A stretch of 61,665 nt of DNA, filler included, from Platydemus manokwari (GCA_037951405.1; 5 parts of 5 records of this genome joined end to end with filler, not necessarily neighbours in it), one strand, 5' to 3'. Shown: positions 25,026 to 39,590, counted from the whole stretch's first letter. Numbers and translations are program-made. Notes: a model not told the origin generated them from the letters alone.

Positions 25026-27740
25026 TAATTTTCACCGAAGGTAAGTTTATTTATTTTATTGTTTTTATATTTTGACCATTTAACAACATTCTACCGTTTA
25101 TTATTAGGTTTATGAAATGATTATGAAAAGTAATACTTTATTTGATAACTTAATTTACATTACCAATACCGTGTTCAATTTGAATTGCGATTATAAAATT
25201 TTTTTATTCGATCAAAATATTCATTTTGTTTTGTACATGATGTTTTACCATATTATTTCTATTTATAAAATTGCGAATTTTTCAAATCACACCTACCCGA
25301 TTTAAAGCGATCCCAACACATGGAAAGTATTCCAGCTGATTGCAACAAAAATCTTGACATTCGATATGAGATAGATTGGAAACCTGAGTTTACTCAGTTC
25401 TTTATTAATTAAGAATTTACAAAATATTTTGTTTGGCTTTCATGGCCTGGATAATTGGAAAAACGACAAGGAAAATTAAATTTATAGTTTAGACAAAAAT
25501 AAATTAGATGTAGAAAAAATGTTTAAAGAATAACAGTGAGATACAAATAAGAATATCTATTTGACTTTTATGGTTTTATTACGAAGTATAAGTTTTTATA
25601 TTACAACAATGATCTATATGTCTGATTTGTAATTAGCTATCAATATTTCTCAATTGAATATAACTGAAAATCGCAGATGCTAGGTATAATAAACACAACG
25701 ATGGCAACAATATAAACTGTTTCCGATACAATGAAAATCCAAAGAACAAAGTCAAATAACAAAAAAGAGGTTCGATGTTCGAATGGTAAACAAAAATATT
25801 CACAAAATTACCAACCAAAATTCTACCGATAGACACACTTCAAATCTGTGTGATAATTGGTATAAAAATTTAAATTTTCATTTGTTGTTAGTGCTCGATG
25901 TCTTAAATCAATGGATATGATTGATTACTTCCTGGTTCCTAATTTCCTTTTGCGCTTCGATTAACTATGGGTTTTCAATCAACACACATAAATCTCAAGA
26001 TCTCTGATTGGCTGCTGATAGGTTGTTTCGACACAGGAAAAAATAACATTGCACCGAACAAGATATTTATTAAGAAATTTCTTACAATCAATCCTACCTC
26101 AATAAATTAGAACGAGAACAATTATAGAAATTATGAATAATATTTATAATAATCATTTTGAAAACATCATTCCATTCACTAGAACAAGTCAACAAAAGCA
26201 ATTCATATCAATAGAAATATTTTCAAATCTGGAATCAATAAATTGATTGACATATTTTTCATGCCAGTGGAAGTTTAATAAATAAATTAGAATTTAAATG
26301 AAATCTGGCACTTTTCTTAATTGATAATGGCAGCCAAATTGCAAAATTACTCTGGAATAGATTCATTGATATAAACGAATTTCTACAGCAATAATATTTG
26401 ATATTTAATGAGAGAGAGGAATATAATTTTGGGATTTTAATTAATATAAAAAATGTAATGACGATAAATTGAAGGTTATGTTTACGAAAGATTGACTGTC
26501 TTTCAGTTTTCGGTATCAGTGAATGAAAGATTTTAAATAAATAGTTTAAAATTTTGAATTGCAGTAGTTATTATAGATGGATATAATTTGGAATATATTG
26601 ACTGACTGAAATTTGGATGTCATTTAACTGTAAACGAATTTATGGCTTTGTATGAAAGATGAATTTGTTGGAGATCACAGTTCACTCAAATCCCAAATCC
26701 ATACCAAACAAAAATTTATAATCTAAATCGATGATTCTTATCAATCAACGTACAATTACCTCCACATTATTGCCAACTAAATATATCAACTCCCCCATAT
26801 AGAATCTCAAAATTCCAACCATAAGCAATGACAACAATTCCGTAATAAGATAAATAGATAGCGATGAAGTAATTCTGAAAATATTTTCAACCCGGGTAAT
26901 CAAAATCATCATTATTCCAAAGCCTAATAATCCAGAAATATACCCAACTGCCAGTGGTTATCTCAATATTCGAATTTGAATTTATATTTGCTTAGACTGT
27001 CGTCTTGACTTTAAATTTAAATTTATCAGTCTCTTAACGATTTAGCTATCAAAATATTCCCAATAAGGTGATGACAATGAAATATATAATGATGAAATTG
27101 GGATGCATTATGATAACAATTGACGAAAAATAAAAATGAAATCAATCTCAATCGAATAATTAAGGTGTTAAAGTACTTAAATATTAACGATACTCATTGG
27201 AACCATGGACCCTGCACCGTAAAATTATAATATCTGAGCACAAATTAGAATGGCAGCGCAATTCGAATCAAGTTGCAGTTGGTATTTGAGTGGAAGAAGA
27301 AAAGCATTCATTCAACGGAAGATATATCATCTATAACGAAATATTTGCTTTAATATTTGAAGAAGATTTTCGAAGGAAATTGAAATTCGATATTTCATAT
27401 TAATTGATTTAAATAATTTTTAGCTTCGTTAATCGTTGAAATATTAAATTAAATATGCTAACTAGTCGACTATTTCCTATCATATTTAAAGCCGAGTAAT
27501 TGCTCGTCTTCCGTTTGGATATCTCGTGGATATATCTGATGGTCATTTGTTTCCGCAATGGGCTACCCAGCTTGATAATTTTTGTGTTTTAATTGAGACC
27601 ACTGCATAGAAAGATATATTCAAATATTGTGATTTAAAAGTTTATATCGGTTTAGCAAAACGACGCCCAACTTTACTTCAACAACAATAACGTCTAGTTA
27701 TAGCATTCCTTGAAGATTATGAAAGTATTATTAGATAAGT

Positions 27741-27816
27741 CAGGGGTCTCCAAAGTACGGCCCGCCAAGCTTACTATGAAACACACGAACATTATGACAA
27801 AATTAAGTGATACACA
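27741..27816 (+). mobile_element. hAT (Charlie-type) terminus running into a gap
   Basis: CAGGGGTCTCCAAAGTACGGCCCG is a typical hAT terminal sequence. Confidence 0.6.
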
Positions 27817-28566
27817 NNNNNNNNNNNNNNNNNNNNNNNNNNNNNNNNNNNNNNNNNNNNTTAATTAATTAANNNNNNNNNNNNNNNNNNNNNNNNNNNN
27901 NNNNNNNNNNNNNNNNGATGCTGTGCTTCATGTCGAAGAAAAGACATCTGAATAACAGCGGTTGTGTCAAATCAAAAGGTATTTCGATGGAATTTCTGAA
28001 AGAAAAATCATTGTCTTAAAATATTTATGTAGATATGTCGGCAATATTTCCATGGAAACGTCATATCGAGAAACAATGAAATTACATTTGTCAAAAATTA
28101 CAATTTATATTGATTTATGTGTCGAGAAAGACAAAACAAAATAGCAAAACATTTTTCAAACAATTCATCGATTCTCATTTGATTTCATTCCAAATCATCT
28201 GTGTATCGGCATATTTTTAACGCGAACATGTTTTACTAATCTAATTTTGTAAAACACATTTTTTCTCTATAAATTAGCTCTGTTGCTAAGCAATGTGCTA
28301 ATATGTTCTTTTAAATTTAATTACAAATAATCAATAATTCAAATATAAAACAATGGTAAAATACATTAAAAAATTAAATTTCGGAATATCGACACGTGAT
28401 GTGCTGGAAAGCTTTTTTTGTTTTTTCTGTCGACAAAATCGAATATTTATTTATTGTGGTCCTATTGCACATCATTGCACATCTCATATATGTAATCCTT
28501 GAATTTATGGATAATATTGTTCGGGCGATAATCAAAAATTAAGCTTGAAAAGCATATTAACTAAAA

Positions 28567-29056
28567 TGTTACAAGTACACTCGCAATAACTACTTTTAAA
28601 TCTTTTTTACAATCAATGATAGTCTATCACACAAGATGGAATCAGCACCCTAAAAATAAGAGACAGAATAGAAAACAATCAAAACTAAGATTAATACGCA
28701 AGTTTCCGACCAAATAAGACTGCAGTTACTCGTGGAACTTAACCTCTTTTACAGACCTATTGAGTGTCTCTACTTGACGTCACTGATCTCCTTTTTTCAA
28801 TTTGCTGAATTCGTTCGTAGATCAGTCTGGTTGTAATTTACCTTGTATCTCTTATGCCATTGGCACATATTTGAGTTTACTGTCATTTGTAGGCATGTGT
28901 CTATCGATTATTAACTTTTAAATATGGATTAATATTTGAACGAAGCTGATTGACTGACGGCGCTTGTGCTTATTGGATCTATGTGTGTCGACTCTTTTTA
29001 GGGTTATTTTCTTGGTTCATGTAGACCTTTTGGTTGATTTCGTGATCTACCCAACA
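28567..29056 (-). mobile_element. Solo LTR-like dispersed repeat (inverted homolog of 51716-52230)
   Basis: The reverse complement starts TGTTGGGT and shares TTAATCCATATTTA, CACATG.CTACAAA, CTCAAATAT, AAAAGAGGTT.AGTTCCA and TTGGTCGG with the 51.7 kb copy. Confidence 0.6.
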
Positions 29057-32000
29057 ATATGAATCTTCGATTAGAAATCTTTTGAGTACATATGGAACAC
29101 GCACATTTGGGGAACGAACGAATGGATCAAACAGAATTTGGCAAATGTAAAAATGTTTCGATTGCATTTCATTATTTTATATGGAAAATCCCATCATTTA
29201 TTTCGAATTATTATTTAATGCAACTAAACAAATCGATAATTTATTGTAAAATTTCTGTAACATACTTGATGTTTAACGAATTTCAAGATGTACCTGAATA
29301 TTCTCACAAAATAATTTTGAGCCACAGAAAATCTAAATCTAATAATTGAGTTGGAATGATTCTCGATTTGAAAATTATGGATTTTAGTAAATCACGAATG
29401 AAGAGATATATTCGATCAATTCTGTCGTCGATAAAAACAAATTCAAGATGTTATGTATTTCCTCTAGTCTTTTAATACCTATCGACAATATTTATGCAAT
29501 CAATATAATTTCAACATGTATTGGACTAGATAAAAAGCAAATCACGTATATCTTGGGGTTGCTAATAACACACAAGGCTCATACGGACCAAAGAAAACCA
29601 AAGAATGTCTGTTGGGATCGAAAACTTAGTCTCCAGCACTGGCCAGCCAAAGCAACACGGATATAACAGAACTACTCGGCAATGCTGCAATGCGAATAAG
29701 AAGACTTCTTCAAATGAGGAAATCTCGAACCAGAATATCAGATATATTTAATTCAATCGAAAAGCCGACGTGAGGACTTGTGCGATTAATATTTTATTAC
29801 AAAAATGTTTCACGCCAATAAGAAAAAGACATTCAAATATATGTGATTTGTGGATGATTTAATGTTTTCATCTGATTATTACAGTTGCGTGAATTTCTGC
29901 CAATAAAACCAGTGATTTTTCAGGAAAAAAATCTAATTTCTTATTTCCAAGAAAACAAATACAAAGACTTTTCAAAAAGAAACAAATTGATGAGAGGTGA
30001 TATTGGAATAAATAATTATAATTAATGGGTAAATATCGATTTAATCGAAATTAATCTGAAATGGATTATTTATTTATGAATTGTTAAAGATCAACATTTT
30101 ATCAATAATTCAATTTATTATATTTAGTTATATTTATTGATTCGGTTTGAAAATTACTTATTGATGAATTTAATAGAATTCATCAGGAATTTAATTTAAA
30201 TATTGATTTAATTAATTAGATTAACAATAAAATTAATTTGAAAAATTTCGTCATCATAATCGGTCATTTGTCAAAAATGATTTTGTTCACTGTTTGGTTC
30301 GAAGGGACTTCAGTAATTGGTGTGATGACCAAATTACTGGAGCAATTAATTATTCTTCTAAAAGTCGCAATAGCAGAATTGGTGTTGTCGCTTGTCCTGG
30401 ATAAGAGTAGAAATCAATCACTGCAGTTTATGTCAAAATTATGACGAATACTTAGCTGAGAAACTTAAATATGATGCTTGCGCTTGTGTGCGATTGATAG
30501 ACACCCTGACTTGACCCGATTAATCTCCTGGTTATCAACCCAAATATTATAATTAATAATGATTATTATTGACACTCAGCACAATCACTTTTTAGCATCA
30601 CAATTTCTCAATAAATGGTTCGTTAAGGTTTATTTAGAAATGAACAAAATACAACAGTTAATTATGAGCGAACAAAAACGTAGAGCAAATAGTCAGTACC
30701 TTGCCTCAGTAATTAATCGACGAATCCGTAAGACGGATGAAGCAGATGTTAATGACTTGGAAAAGTGATTTATCGACAACAAAATATTTATGCCCAAACT
30801 ATGTAATCACTAACTTTTGTGATATATGATAGTTACTAAATGGACCGTGATCAAGTCCTTACTTAAGCTGATTATTATTCCCAACTAGCCAAGGTTCTTT
30901 CTCCTAAAGCTGATATTCCTGGTGTAATCTCAAATAATGGTTTAGCCGATCGATTGTCCAGTTGTAGTCCAGATGAATGTTCACCGAAGGCTGATCATGT
31001 TTTTATTGGGTACTTTTCTATGCTGGAAATGCGAATTAGTCGGATATCGTTTATTCACAACTCAGTAATGATGTTTTTTGGGTGCTGTTTTATTTTCTGA
31101 TATCGTATTTATACTAAGTCTGGCTTCCGTTGTCATAAATGATAATTTTTCAGGTTCTGACTGTATTTTCTCAGTCATTTTATTCGGATTTTATTTTATA
31201 GTCTGTCTGTCATTATTTTCTCTTGTTTCTTAAAACCCTATTTTTTCAGACCATAATTTATTAACTAGATGATTTATTATTAATATTTTTCTCAATAATT
31301 TTTTTCAATTTCAATCGATTATTTTAATTGTTCAGATATGAGCTACCTTAAATCAATATTCACTACTTATTCGACTATATTATTTTCTGAAAAGTTAAAA
31401 GAAGCAATTCTATAATAAATAACATAGTTGATAGAAGACAAAGAAAGATTAACAAAAAAACTACGACATGACCCTTTGATTCGATTTATTATTTTTAATA
31501 TTGTACTTCAGTTTTCTACTTTCCTGTTCCTGTAAAGAAATTTACTGAAAAACTCTTGATTTTGTTGTAATACTTTTTTATTTACACACCTCGTCTTGTT
31601 TACAAGCAATAATTCTCAGCTAACTGATGAGAACAAATTAATTTGAGTTAATTTAAATATTTAATCAAATATAGCGAAACATTTTGAAATAAATTGATAT
31701 TTTGTGATAATATATCGAATAAGAATCCATCACATAATTATCCACCAAAGAAACAACTTAGATATATCCAACGATGAGTTCGTATTAATAAGAAAAATAC
31801 CAAATTATAAATAAAAACTTAACCATTCTGTTGAATCTAGATTTAAACACAAAATTACTGGCACATCATATTTATTGTCCAAAAAATCATCCTATGTGAC
31901 AAAACTTTGTATGGAAGTTTTATATTATTAGTTACATATTTTTATACACCAATCATTGCACTCTCTTAAAACAATAAGATTGCGATTTAAAATAAATAGC

Positions 32001-32851
32001 AAATTTAGAAATTAATTGATATTTTTGTTAACGCAAAATATAATATGTTAAAATCACAATGAATATCAAGCCGTGAAGATTCCAATTTCAATCGATACTA
32101 AAAAAGGGATAAGCAAATGTGTTATTTCTTATTGGATCTTTCGAGTAGTAAATTAATAAAATTTGATACGAAAACATTTTCTGTGAAAAAAAATATGAGC
32201 AATAGTTTCATTTTTCATCGGGTTGCTTGTATTTATCTCAGCTCAACGGACATGGCTCAAAATCATAAATTTATATCGGTTTTCAACAAATATTTTTTGT
32301 CACTAATCCAACCTTACAGTTGTATATGCATAACTTATGAATTCGATTGGAACTCTCAAATGGTAACAAATTAAGAAAAAAATAAGATTCAGTGATCGAG
32401 AAATTTATCAAAAAGCTCTATTTGTCCAAAATAAAATGCCAATATTGCTGTGAAGTTGTTTTGTGCGAAATTTTCAAGCACATTTCCGATAAATTTGAAT
32501 ATTATACAATAACATTTCTGATAGCACATTAATTTAATTATCCATCTTAATTAAAACAAAATAATCAACAAATTTAGTTTGACAATAATAATAATATTGG
32601 GAAATTACAATTTAATTTTCGGAATTCCATCGAACCAGGGTGAAACCGATTTCAACAAAATCTAAATCAATATCAAGAAATCAATATATAATTCCATAAT
32701 TGTACAATCAAACGAAAAACAATAAGACAACAAAAATGAATTTTAAAATCAAATTGCATCGAGATAATCAATGAAAATAAAAGGAAAACCTGTTTGAAAT
32801 CGATAATAAATATGCAAATACATTAATAGGAGAATTATCATATTATTACGA

Positions 32852-32854
<3 letters not shown>

Positions 32855-32883
<29 letters not shown>
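32855..32883. repeat. (TA)n microsatellite
   Basis: Direct inspection. Confidence 0.95.
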
Positions 32884-32884
<1 letters not shown>

Positions 32885-32987
32885 TTGTATATATTTGTAT
32901 ATATTTGTATATGGATAGATATAACAATATGAATCGAGACAAATGATGGAGGATAATCCGGTGTTATATTCGAAATACATTTCCTTC

Positions 32988-33552
32988 TTATTGCTTTCTC
33001 ACCACATCAGAATATGCCGGTGGAGGATTTTCTGAAAACATAATTTTCAATTTATATAATCATTGATCGATCATATGCATATAAATCACCCGGAGGAATC
33101 AATGGGTATGACGGTCCAGATTGATCATATCCCATTGGGGCCGTTTGTGCAGGATAGCCAGTTGGTGTAAGAGCTGCATTAGGTTGAATGGGATACGGGG
33201 GATTCGGTGGCACCTGTGCATCAGTAGGATATGGTTCACCGGTGTTATTTGTTACAGGGTATGGAGGAGAAAACTCACCATATTTAATTGACTGGGGATA
33301 TAGAGGGTATGTGGCATTGCCGGTGGCTTCGACAGACGGGTCTACTAAATTATTTTCTTATACGAATTAATAGTCATGGTTTCACGTCTTAATTACAGAT
33401 TACCATTGTTCTCTTTATTACAATCCAAATAAATCAAGTTAGCATTAGATTTGTGACTTTTTCTACTGCGTCCACAACAATAATAACAAATCAAGATCAT
33501 GATAGTTATGGCAACCAATAAACCGATGATTAACCCTGCCAGAACTCCTGAC
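32988..33552 (-). CDS. Single-pass membrane protein with juxtamembrane Cys cluster and Pro/Tyr-rich PPxY tail (Shisa-like/WBP1/VOPP1-type); 5' exon(s) not identified
   Basis: Exons 33552-33404, 33344-33090 and 33031-32988 splice in frame to SGVLAGLIIGLLVAITIMILICYYCCGRSRK...FSPPYPV...VPPNPPYPIQ...ENPPPAYSDVVRKQ*. Confidence 0.8.
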
Positions 33553-36486
33553 CTGGGATTGTAAAACAAATTCAATACACATCAATTCAATAAAACTAAA
33601 CATCATAAAATCGTATTTATAGGAACACGAAATAATTTTACTTCCATTATAACGGTAAAATAAAAAGATTAATTAAAAATTATATCCCTTGGGCAGAATG
33701 TGATAAAATAGATCAAAAGCACCTACGGAACTAACCTTCAAATACACACAGACACGATCGACACTATCACTTCATAATTAGATATGATTAAATTATCAGT
33801 CTTTCATTGGACTCCGAATGTCAAGTGAGGCACACTAACAGCTGACCGCAAAACATTGAAATACCTCAATAACGCAAAAGACAAGGGAAATTTATTATTA
33901 GACTAGTCTTCGAAAGATTCTACTAAATGAAAAAGCTAAGCTACAAAATAACAAGTCAATACACACGGCATGTCTACAAAATCAGTCGAATATCAAAGAT
34001 CAATTACCAGTCTTTTATGGTGACTTCTATTGTCATTTTTATTTTTCAGTTGCTGAATCAATTGGCTTTCAGAGTATTTGTTCTTCTGAGTAACCCTGAT
34101 TTAAGATTTCTGAAAGTGGTTTGTTCACAATTTTATTGGATTCAGTTTTAGTGAGAAAAATGTACCAGAGAATATTAGAAAAAAATAAACAGAAAAATAC
34201 ACGATTATTGAATACTAGAAGATGCATTGGGAAATAGGTTTTTTGTTTTGGTAAATGAATGTGTAAGAAGAAATAATTGTTATATAGTATAATGACACAC
34301 AAGAAAATATTCTTCCAGGAATAAATGGGTGTTATTGATAGGATACCCACATTTAATATTCTAAGAATTCATGTTATTGAGGAAAACAATCATAGGCTAA
34401 TGTGTTTCCAAATATATTCCAATAAATATTTACGTTACCACTTCACACTCCTCCAGTTGTAGCTTATCCATGCAATGTTATTTATATTATATAGATACAA
34501 TATATAGATACAATTACTATCATGAATAACGTTTTTAAATGTAACGAACCTTGTAATCAATATTATTTTAGTATTCCCTAAATTCGCCAGCTAAACATCG
34601 TTATAAAATAACCAAAAAATGTTTACTTGGCCGCTTAAAATCAATGAAAACATTCTCACAACAAAAGCTTATACATATTGGTTTTGTCTAAGTGATTTGA
34701 AAAATAATTTGGCTGGAAAATACTTTTATCTGATAAATTTTTTATAATTAATTTTCTTGAACTGTGTGACAACAGAATTGCTGTAAGATAAAGTTATAAA
34801 TATATTAATGGGCAATTGCCCCTTTAATGTGGGTGTGTGTTGTCAATTCTAGTTGATTTATTTCATTCCAACGTGATCATTTGTGTTGAATATTTTGATA
34901 GAAGTTTTAAAATGCCCAATAAAAGCGTTAAAAAAATATTCTATCCATTTTGTATTTATCGATTATAAAATATTTGACCTGATTAATGGAGCTGAATACA
35001 GATAACAATAACAAAACCAATAATACATTATGTTTGTTGAACGCATAATCATATGGATAATCGAACAGAGACATCATTCAGTAAAGAACGGATTTTAATG
35101 GGAAATACATTTTAGATTTACTGCGATCTTCAAGCACCAATGAGAATGAAAAGCACCCTGTTATAATCATAGAATTTCATCAAATTTTGAAATTATATTT
35201 TCATGAAGACATTAAATTTTTGAAGACCTTTTCACAACATGCAAGATATTGAAGAGTTAGTTTTAAAATCAGGGGTTATTGATCCTCTATTGAACGTCAC
35301 GAAAAAATCAATAAAAAATGAGAAATTTCAAAATTCCGAAAATAATATTCCTAAAACTTATTTCTAATATTAAACCAAATCGAAAAATCATTTCATTACA
35401 AAGATAAAAGTAACCCATGGGGAAAATGTGAGAATATTGTGAATACATTTATATTGAAAACATTATCTGAAAATCAAGGATTCAATTAAAGCTGTGCTTA
35501 CATAATCGATTATATAATCAAATAATATTCACGTTAATATATAAATGTCATTATTGCGGAAATAATAATTTAATAATATTTCTTGTGCAAAATCGATAAA
35601 AATTTTGCTACAATAAAATCATTAATCAAAATTCAAGTGTGTGATGAAGTTTGAGAAAAGTAGCTCTTATAATTGCAGAGATACTTCAATCGCAACAAAA
35701 TATCACACAAGCCCAAATCGGGCATATAGTCAATAGATTTTTATCATAAGTTGTATCATTAAAAGATTGGGTGAGAGTCCATCGAGATAGATCACGAGTG
35801 TCTATCATATTAATGACGATAATTATGATTGTATAATCGTCGCTAACTGTCAATTATTGATTATAAAAACATTTCTAAAATAAACATATTTATTATTAAC
35901 ACAAACATTATCGATTTCTCGGCGCTAAGTGAATGTTTGAAATTCCGACTGTGAAGACTGATATCGATAAAAATCTCATACACACATGATGCCATAATAA
36001 ACAATTAAAACTCCAGTAAGAACAACTGAATTGATCAGACAGCTCGATCGTAACTATAATTGAAAGGATTTTTATATAATCCATTGAATCAGTCCGAATT
36101 CACAAGCGTAAAACAAATATTAAAAACTGAACAAATCCATCGACAATATTTTACACCAACTTCTTTAAAGTAAAATTTTTTGTTATCAATACAACAAGAG
36201 TCAATATTGGTTGTGATTGCGCATATTTTAACAAATCGATAACATGGTAAAAATAATACCGTTCTTTATTAAATTTAAAACGAGCAAAATTAAATTTTTT
36301 AAATGGGAATACAAGGTCCGATAATAACAAGTTCTGTCGATTGATTTTCAAAACGATTTGAAAATTAACCTTCATTAATATTTTATTGGGGAAATAAATA
36401 TCTATTGATGTTGTAGAATTAAATGATGTTTTCTTTCTCTTTCAAAAAGCGATATATTCGATAATGTATAAATTTGGAAACTATTA

Positions 36487-37223
36487 CAGTATTCCTCCTC
36501 CTCCTAATCGCCAAATTTTTAGGATGTTTAAAAATTATAATAGAAAACTTCTAGCTAACAATTCTGTTTTTTATAAAAAAATTAATGATTTTTTTTATTT
36601 TTTACATTTTATTTTTCATTGGACCTTATTTATGGCAAAACGAAAGTGTGCCAAGCTAACTGATGTTGAAAAAATGAAATTTTGAAGTACATTGAATCTT
36701 ATCCTGTGCATTCAGCTAACAGAGGTTTTTTCAGGTAAATTTAAAAAAGAAATTTCAAGAAGAACTATCAATGATATCAGAAAAAACAAGGATTTTTTAA
36801 TTCAAAATACTGATCTTGTACACAAAAATGGTTGGCGAATTCCAGTTTGAAAATTCAATATTTTAGATAAAGAATTGTCTGTATCGGTTGATTGACTTGA
36901 AGAAAGAGGTGCTATCATTTCGGATAATATAATGAAAGACAAGGCAGTTCAAATAGCTGATTTAAATGGTATACAAGATTTTAAATCCTCAAATGGCTAA
37001 CTAAGAAGTTTTAAGAAAAGAAATTTATTGAAGTTAAGAAATTTACACGGTGAATCACATGCCATGTCAACCACACAGGCTGAAGTCAACTTAAATCTAA
37101 AATTGAAGAAAGTGGGCCTAAAAATGTTTATAATGCTGATGAAACAGGCATCTTTTACAAACTTCTCTTAACCTTCACATTTATCCAATTCCCCTAAAAT
37201 GGCGGTTAGGTTCTTCCTAACTG
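36487..37223 (+). mobile_element. pogo/Tigger element, internally deleted, with TA TSD
   Basis: TA|CAGT...CCTAATCGCCA and TGGCGGTTAGG...ACTG|TA ends. CENP-B-like MAKRKCAKLT, FKSSNG*L..FKKR, LHGES and NVYNADETGIFYKLL. Confidence 0.88.
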
Positions 37224-37949
37224 TATGCGAAAAACGTTGATTTGAATAATATTTTCATTAATAACATTTCGTCACTAAAGAAAACATACGAAATTCTAAT
37301 ATTGATTGAATAACCACTAAATCTAAATTCCAAAACCAGATATAATTTAATATTGACCTCAAAATTAAAAAAATAATAATGATAGATAGATAAAACCCGA
37401 TCCATTCAAACCCATATTTATAATATTGTGAGACATGCATTCGAGATGAATTTATAAAGGAAAGACTGACTTTCTGGGGGAAATTTAATCGAATATATAA
37501 GATTTTGTAAATTATTATATGGAGAACATTTTGAGATTTTAATAGTTTTTGGTTTCGAATCGATTTCTATTATATTGATTGAACCATATAAAAGATTATA
37601 TTTAAAACATGTACATCGAAATTAGATAAAAAATCATAATCCCTTTACAATCACTTAAGGAAAAGAGATATCTTCATTTAAATATCAAATTAAATACGCT
37701 GTGTCAAATGGATGGTAACAAGACCGATTTTAATTGGCTGTTTTATTTGATGATTAAATCTAATGAGGACCCTTTGATTGCAGAGAACTTCAAAAGAACG
37801 AATATCAGTAAACCCACCAGTAAAATTAAAAAACAAATAATATATAAACCAAACACATTTTGTCTGCAACCCATCTGATTATTATCTTTTTCATTTCAAT
37901 TTGCAGTATAAATCTCTATTACTGTACACAACGGCAACATCTTTGAATT

Positions 37950-38104
37950 GCCGCTAATATGATGTGCAGCTTATACAACTAAAGAACGATTCAAATCGAA
38001 GATAAGATTATTTATTTCAATTTTCAACATTACACTCCTAAAAACCATCAAAAAATGTCATCTGCAGCTAATAGGCGCTGCAGCTTATACTCGGGATTTT
38101 ACAG
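37950..38104 (+). mobile_element. Tc2/pogo-like DNA transposon end
   Basis: Repeated GCAGCT(T/A)ATA subterminal motifs ending CTTATACTCGGGATTTTACAG. Confidence 0.4.
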
Positions 38105-38749
38105 AAATCTCGAATCTCTTATGCGTAAGAGCAACCTGCAGTTATAAAGATTTATCATTGAGCATAATGCCTCATGGGTGTTGTGAGAAGTTTTCAATGA
38201 ATTAAATGTTTAAAGATTCAAATCAAATTTTACATAAAATTATATTATTTTGTTTATCTAATTGTAATTAAATATATAATTTGGTGTCGTTACTTGTCAG
38301 TTGGTTTTCATTGCGCCCTCTATAAAATAGTAGCGGTTTACAGTGTTATTGTATTTGATATTTATTTTCATTAATTCTGAAAAGATCATTGTTTATATAT
38401 ATTAGGATTATGCTAATTTATTGTAGTCATATCGACATTTTAACATGACTTTCATATAACCACTGGTAAGAATCAAAACGGATTTTTTCATTTAGTCACT
38501 CCACAGAATTCCGTTGAGAAATTTGATAAATTTTTACTACCAAACCGGACCACATCTTTTGGCATGACATATCAAATATTTTAATCAATATTTTACTTGA
38601 TTCAACATAATTTTCTATATGAAGATAAATTAAAATTGTATAAAAAACCCATTCATTCATCTCTGATATAAAACCGATTTTCCAATAAAACAATATTCGC
38701 TAAATCCGATCGATTATGTATTATTCAAAACCTAGGGAATCAAACTCAA

Positions 38750-38818
38750 GATAAGAAAAATAGTCTTTTGACCTACTTTCATTATAATGAATTTTCGCGC
38801 ATGAAATAATTTTATAAC
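38750..38818 (+). repeat. Dispersed repeat, near-identical to 61597-61665
   Basis: TTTGACCTACTTTCATTATAATGAATTTTCGCGCATGA.ATAATTTTATAACT occurs at both places. Confidence 0.85.
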
Positions 38819-39590
38819 TTAATTTTATATATAATTGTGATGATTGATTTATTCATATAATACAGTTATAATTCAGTTAACATTTCACGTGTTAGAATGA
38901 CCTATGGGGACACAAATCATAAATAAACTATATAGATTTTTGCAATACAACCAACAAATTTAAAATTTCATTTTAGGACCTTTTTTGTTTAACTTTGCCA
39001 AACCTTATAACACAATCGACCCGATAATCAACAAAATGCTATTATGACCCATATGAGAACTGAAAAATGTGATGAATCATAACACGTATGTCAAGCCATC
39101 TTTCAGTCTTGATTTATTTCAAAAACTATGCATTTCGATGAAAATATCGCTGAAACAATTTACAGAATAAAATTATTATAATTAAATTGAAATATTTTCT
39201 CGACAAAGTCATTGATCAACAATACAAATACATGCGCCTCATTAGTTCAAAACAATCAACAAATTGAAGTGAGTAATATAGATGTGACAAACAGTGCGAA
39301 ACACCTTATTTACTAGAGAAATTCATTATTTAATGGCTAAACAATTGAAAATTATTGATTACCTTCTCGATTACCTAATATGTGACGTAATCACTAATAT
39401 TACAAATAACATTATGAAATATCAGAACAAATCAAATAATTATAACAGATTAAAATCGGTATCAATATGGTTACCACGGTAACTTGCATTNNNNNNNNNN
39501 NNNNNNNNNNNNNNNNNNNNNNNNNNNNNNNNNNTTAATTAATTAANNNNNNNNNNNNNNNNNNNNNNNNNNNNNNNNNNNNNNNNNNNN

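Noticed and set aside
26860-26960. KIIIIPKPNNP LINE RT-like motif
   Set aside because: Too short and degraded to call.
30880-31140. SAFGEH peptide resembling a Penelope GIY-YIG endonuclease segment
   Set aside because: No GIY/YIG motifs or RT found nearby.
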